This document shows positions 36,757 through 38,934 of a stretch of DNA of 38,934 nucleotides, piece after piece. The first letter of the stretch is position 1, and each line of letters begins with the position of its first letter. The notes beneath the pieces are model-generated. The model made no database searches, was not told the origin of the DNA, and saw nothing but the letters and a program-made list of their open reading frames with translations. Origin of the DNA: an uncultured Alphaproteobacteria bacterium (GTDB lineage Bacteria; Pseudomonadota; Alphaproteobacteria; Rhizobiales; Xanthobacteraceae). The stretch is taken from contig CAVXDE010000016.1 in NCBI GenBank assembly GCA_963760435.1, forward strand, positions 1 through 38,934. Direction: 5' to 3'. The position numbers were made by a program, and so were the translations under genes.

Positions 36757-37389
36757 ATGCCCCGGTCACCGCAGCAGCTGATTGACGAAAAGCTGATGGC
36801 GCGCTGTATCGCGCTTTCGCGCCTTGCGAGCGAGGCGGGTGAGATTCCGTTCGCAGCGCTGATCAGCCGGGGCGAGGAAATCGTGGCCGAGGCGACCAAC
36901 CGCGTGGTTCGCGATGCCGACGTCACCCGACACGCCGAGCTCTTGGCAATTTCCGACGCCCAGAAAGCGCTCGGGCGGCGCATTCTCGACGACTGCGCCA
37001 TCTACACCAATGTCGAGCCGTGCCCGATGTGCTCGTTTCCGATTCGCGAGGCGCAGTTCGACCGAGTCGTGTTCGCGATTCGCTCGCCGGTCATGGGCGG
37101 CATGTCGCGCTGGAACATTCTGCGCGACACCGAGCTCTCCAACGCGATGCCCGAGGCCTTCGGTGACGTGCCCGAAGTGGCGGCCGGGGTGCTGATCCAC
37201 GATGCCGAGAAAGTCTGGCGCGAATGGAATCCGCTGGGATGGGGCGTGATCCGCTATCGCGGCTTGATGGATCGACCCGAATCCGCCAGCCCGCAGGGCG
37301 CGGAAACGGAGAGCCTTCCGGCCATCCCGCGCAAGCGCCGGCTGTTCGCCGAGCTCATGGCGCTGCACCGGCGCTATACGCGCGCGTGA
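36757..37389 (+). CDS. CDA-family nucleoside/nucleotide deaminase (TadA/guanine deaminase-like)
   Basis: Zinc-binding HAE (RHAELLAI) and PCPMC motifs (NVEPCPMCSFPI). Confidence 0.8.
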   Translation: MPRSPQQLIDEKLMARCIALSRLASEAGEIPFAALISRGEEIVAEATNRVVRDADVTRHAELLAISDAQKALGRRILDDCAIYTNVEPCPMCSFPIREAQFDRVVFAIRSPVMGGMSRWNILRDTELSNAMPEAFGDVPEVAAGVLIHDAEKVWREWNPLGWGVIRYRGLMDRPESASPQGAETESLPAIPRKRRLFAELMALHRRYTRA

Positions 37390-37697
37390 AAATGTCGGCG
37401 TAGCCAGTTCGCGATCACGCCGCCGAACACCAGCAGCGCCAGGATCGGAATCCAAACGACCAGCGCGCTGATCAGTAACACTACAACGGCGAGGACGAGC
37501 AGAACGGCCAGTGCGGCGAAGAGACCGAGCCCGAACGGGCCGACCCGCGCCGTATAGACGCGCTCGCCGTAGCGCAGGCCGAAGAAGCCGCCCGGCGGCG
37601 CGGTGCGCGAATCCCAGGCGGCGCCATGATGGTCCGGCGGAATGATCTCCGGCTCCACGGCGGGCTGCTCATAAGGTTGGATCGGTCGTCGGGCCAT
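37374..37697 (-). CDS. Small membrane protein (107 aa, 2 predicted TM helices)
   Basis: Hydrophobic stretch LGLFAALAVLLVLAVVVLLISALVVWIPILALLVFGGVIANWL; overlaps the convergent deaminase 3' end by 16 nt. Confidence 0.45.
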   Translation of the reverse strand: MARRPIQPYEQPAVEPEIIPPDHHGAAWDSRTAPPGGFFGLRYGERVYTARVGPFGLGLFAALAVLLVLAVVVLLISALVVWIPILALLVFGGVIANWLRRHFHARV

Positions 37698-37763
37698 GGC
37701 TTTGTCCTATGGCGCATCATGTAGGCAGCGCATTGCGCCGGCACAAAGGCGAGCGGCGCCAGA

Positions 37764-38933
37764 TTATTGACCAGCGACATCTTCGCGCAGGATCTCGAGC
37801 TCGAGCCAGCGCTCCTCGGCCGCGGCAAGGTCCTTCTCGGCGCCCGCAAGCTCAGCCGAAGTCTGCTCGAAGGCAGCGCGCTCGCGCGCGTAGAGATTGG
37901 GATCGGACAGCCGCGCATGCAGCGCGCTGATCTTGGTCTGCAGCGCGCTGATCTCGCCCGGCAGTTTTTCCAGCGCGTGTTTCTCGTTGAAACTCAGCCG
38001 CCGCTTTGTTGGCCGCGTAGCGCGGACCGGCGTGTCCTCGGCAACGGTAGCCGCCGGCGTCGACTTTGCCGGTTCGGCACGCTCGCGCACGAGGTCAGCG
38101 CCGCGCTGCGTCAGCATGTCGGAGTAGCCGCCGGCATATTCAGCCCAGCGTCCATTGCCTTCAGGCACGATCACACCATTGACCACCCGATCGAGAAAGT
38201 CGCGATCATGGCTGATCAACAACACGGTGCCCGCATAGTCCGCGAGCATCTCCTGCAGCATATCGAGCGTCTCGAGATCAAGATCGTTGGTCGGCTCGTC
38301 GAGCACCAGCATGTTGGCGGGCTTTGCCAGCGCCCGCGCCAGCATCAGGCGGCCGCGCTCGCCCCCGGAGAGCACTCCGACCGGCGTGCGCGCCTGCGAC
38401 GGCGGAAACAGAAAATCCTTCAAATAGCCAACCACATGGCGCGAGCGGCCGCCGACCATAATGCTGTCACCCGCGCCGCCGGTGAGCGTGTCGGTCACGC
38501 TCTTGGTCGGATCGAGGCTCTCGCGCTGCTGGTCGAGCGTCGCCATCACCACGTTGGCGCCGATCCGCACCGTTCCACTGTCGGGCTCAAGCCCGCCGGT
38601 GATCAGATTGAGCAATGTCGTCTTGCCGCTGCCGTTCGGACCAACAAATCCGATACGGTCGCCACGCCGGATGCGGATGGAGAAATCGGTGACGATCGCG
38701 CGCTCGCCATAGGCTTTGCTGATGCGCTGTGCCTCGACTACCAGCGACCCCGACTTGTCGGCCTGCGGGCCGGTGAGCGCAACCTTGCCGGCGGCGGCAC
38801 GATATTCCCGTCGCGACTGGCGCAGCGCGTGCAGCTGCGCGAGCCGGCGCATGTTGCGCTTGCGCCGGGCGGTGACGCCATAGCGCAACCAGTGCTCCTC
38901 GGCGACGATCTTGCGATCGAGCTTGTGCTGCAC
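37764..38933 (-). CDS. ABC-F family ATPase (Uup/EttA-like), 5'-truncated by the window edge
   Basis: Second ABC cassette GPNGSGKTTLLNLITG (Walker A), LSGGERGRLMLARAL (signature), LVLDEPTNDLD (Walker B), and a C-terminal coiled-coil domain; the ORF runs off the window end. Confidence 0.85.
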   Translation of the reverse strand: MQHKLDRKIVAEEHWLRYGVTARRKRNMRRLAQLHALRQSRREYRAAAGKVALTGPQADKSGSLVVEAQRISKAYGERAIVTDFSIRIRRGDRIGFVGPNGSGKTTLLNLITGGLEPDSGTVRIGANVVMATLDQQRESLDPTKSVTDTLTGGAGDSIMVGGRSRHVVGYLKDFLFPPSQARTPVGVLSGGERGRLMLARALAKPANMLVLDEPTNDLDLETLDMLQEMLADYAGTVLLISHDRDFLDRVVNGVIVPEGNGRWAEYAGGYSDMLTQRGADLVRERAEPAKSTPAATVAEDTPVRATRPTKRRLSFNEKHALEKLPGEISALQTKISALHARLSDPNLYARERAAFEQTSAELAGAEKDLAAAEERWLELEILREDVAGQ

Positions 38934-38934
38934 A

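Noticed and set aside
1-38934. tRNA/rRNA genes or an integrase marking the boundaries of the accessory insertion
   Set aside because: None recognisable by eye in any intergenic region; the island hypothesis therefore rests on gene content and GC shifts only.

Overview
High-GC (about 65%) alphaproteobacterial chromosome segment, Hyphomicrobiales-like and possibly Bradyrhizobium/Rhodopseudomonas-related, judged from gene content and REP-like elements; the taxonomic call is an inference. The window is dominated by a hopanoid biosynthesis locus that has been split in two. The first part, on the + strand, is ispA (divergent) followed by hpnB-hpnC-hpnD-hpnE-shc, all translationally coupled through ATGA/TGATG overlaps. 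The second part is a minus-strand operon dxs-ispH-hpnH (dedicated MEP-pathway paralogs plus the radical-SAM adenosylhopane synthase), followed by the RND transporter hpnN on the + strand. Between shc and hpnH lies a 12.5 kb accessory insertion where hpnG would normally sit. It carries a small ORF, a Sel1 protein, an alpha/beta hydrolase + LLM flavin oxidoreductase operon, a LysR regulator and a GMC oxidoreductase. It also carries a lower-GC block with a DUF4331-like protein divergent from a large SPFH/flotillin protein, an orphan RecA-like AAA_25 ATPase, and three toxin-antitoxin-like modules (RHH-PIN, a frameshifted DUF433, ParD-like/ParE). Upstream of the hopanoid genes are a frameshifted CheY-like response regulator, a TPR lipoprotein, an omega-aminotransferase, an extradiol dioxygenase, a second HpnN-like MMPL transporter, a His-rich Spy/CpxP-like periplasmic protein and a small Cys-rich secreted protein. 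Two related nested-palindrome intergenic repeat elements (REP-like) are present. The window ends with DUF2147, a CDA-family deaminase, a small membrane protein and a 5'-truncated ABC-F ATPase. No rRNA, tRNA or CRISPR was recognised. Many long antisense ORFs in the six-frame track are GC-driven artefacts.
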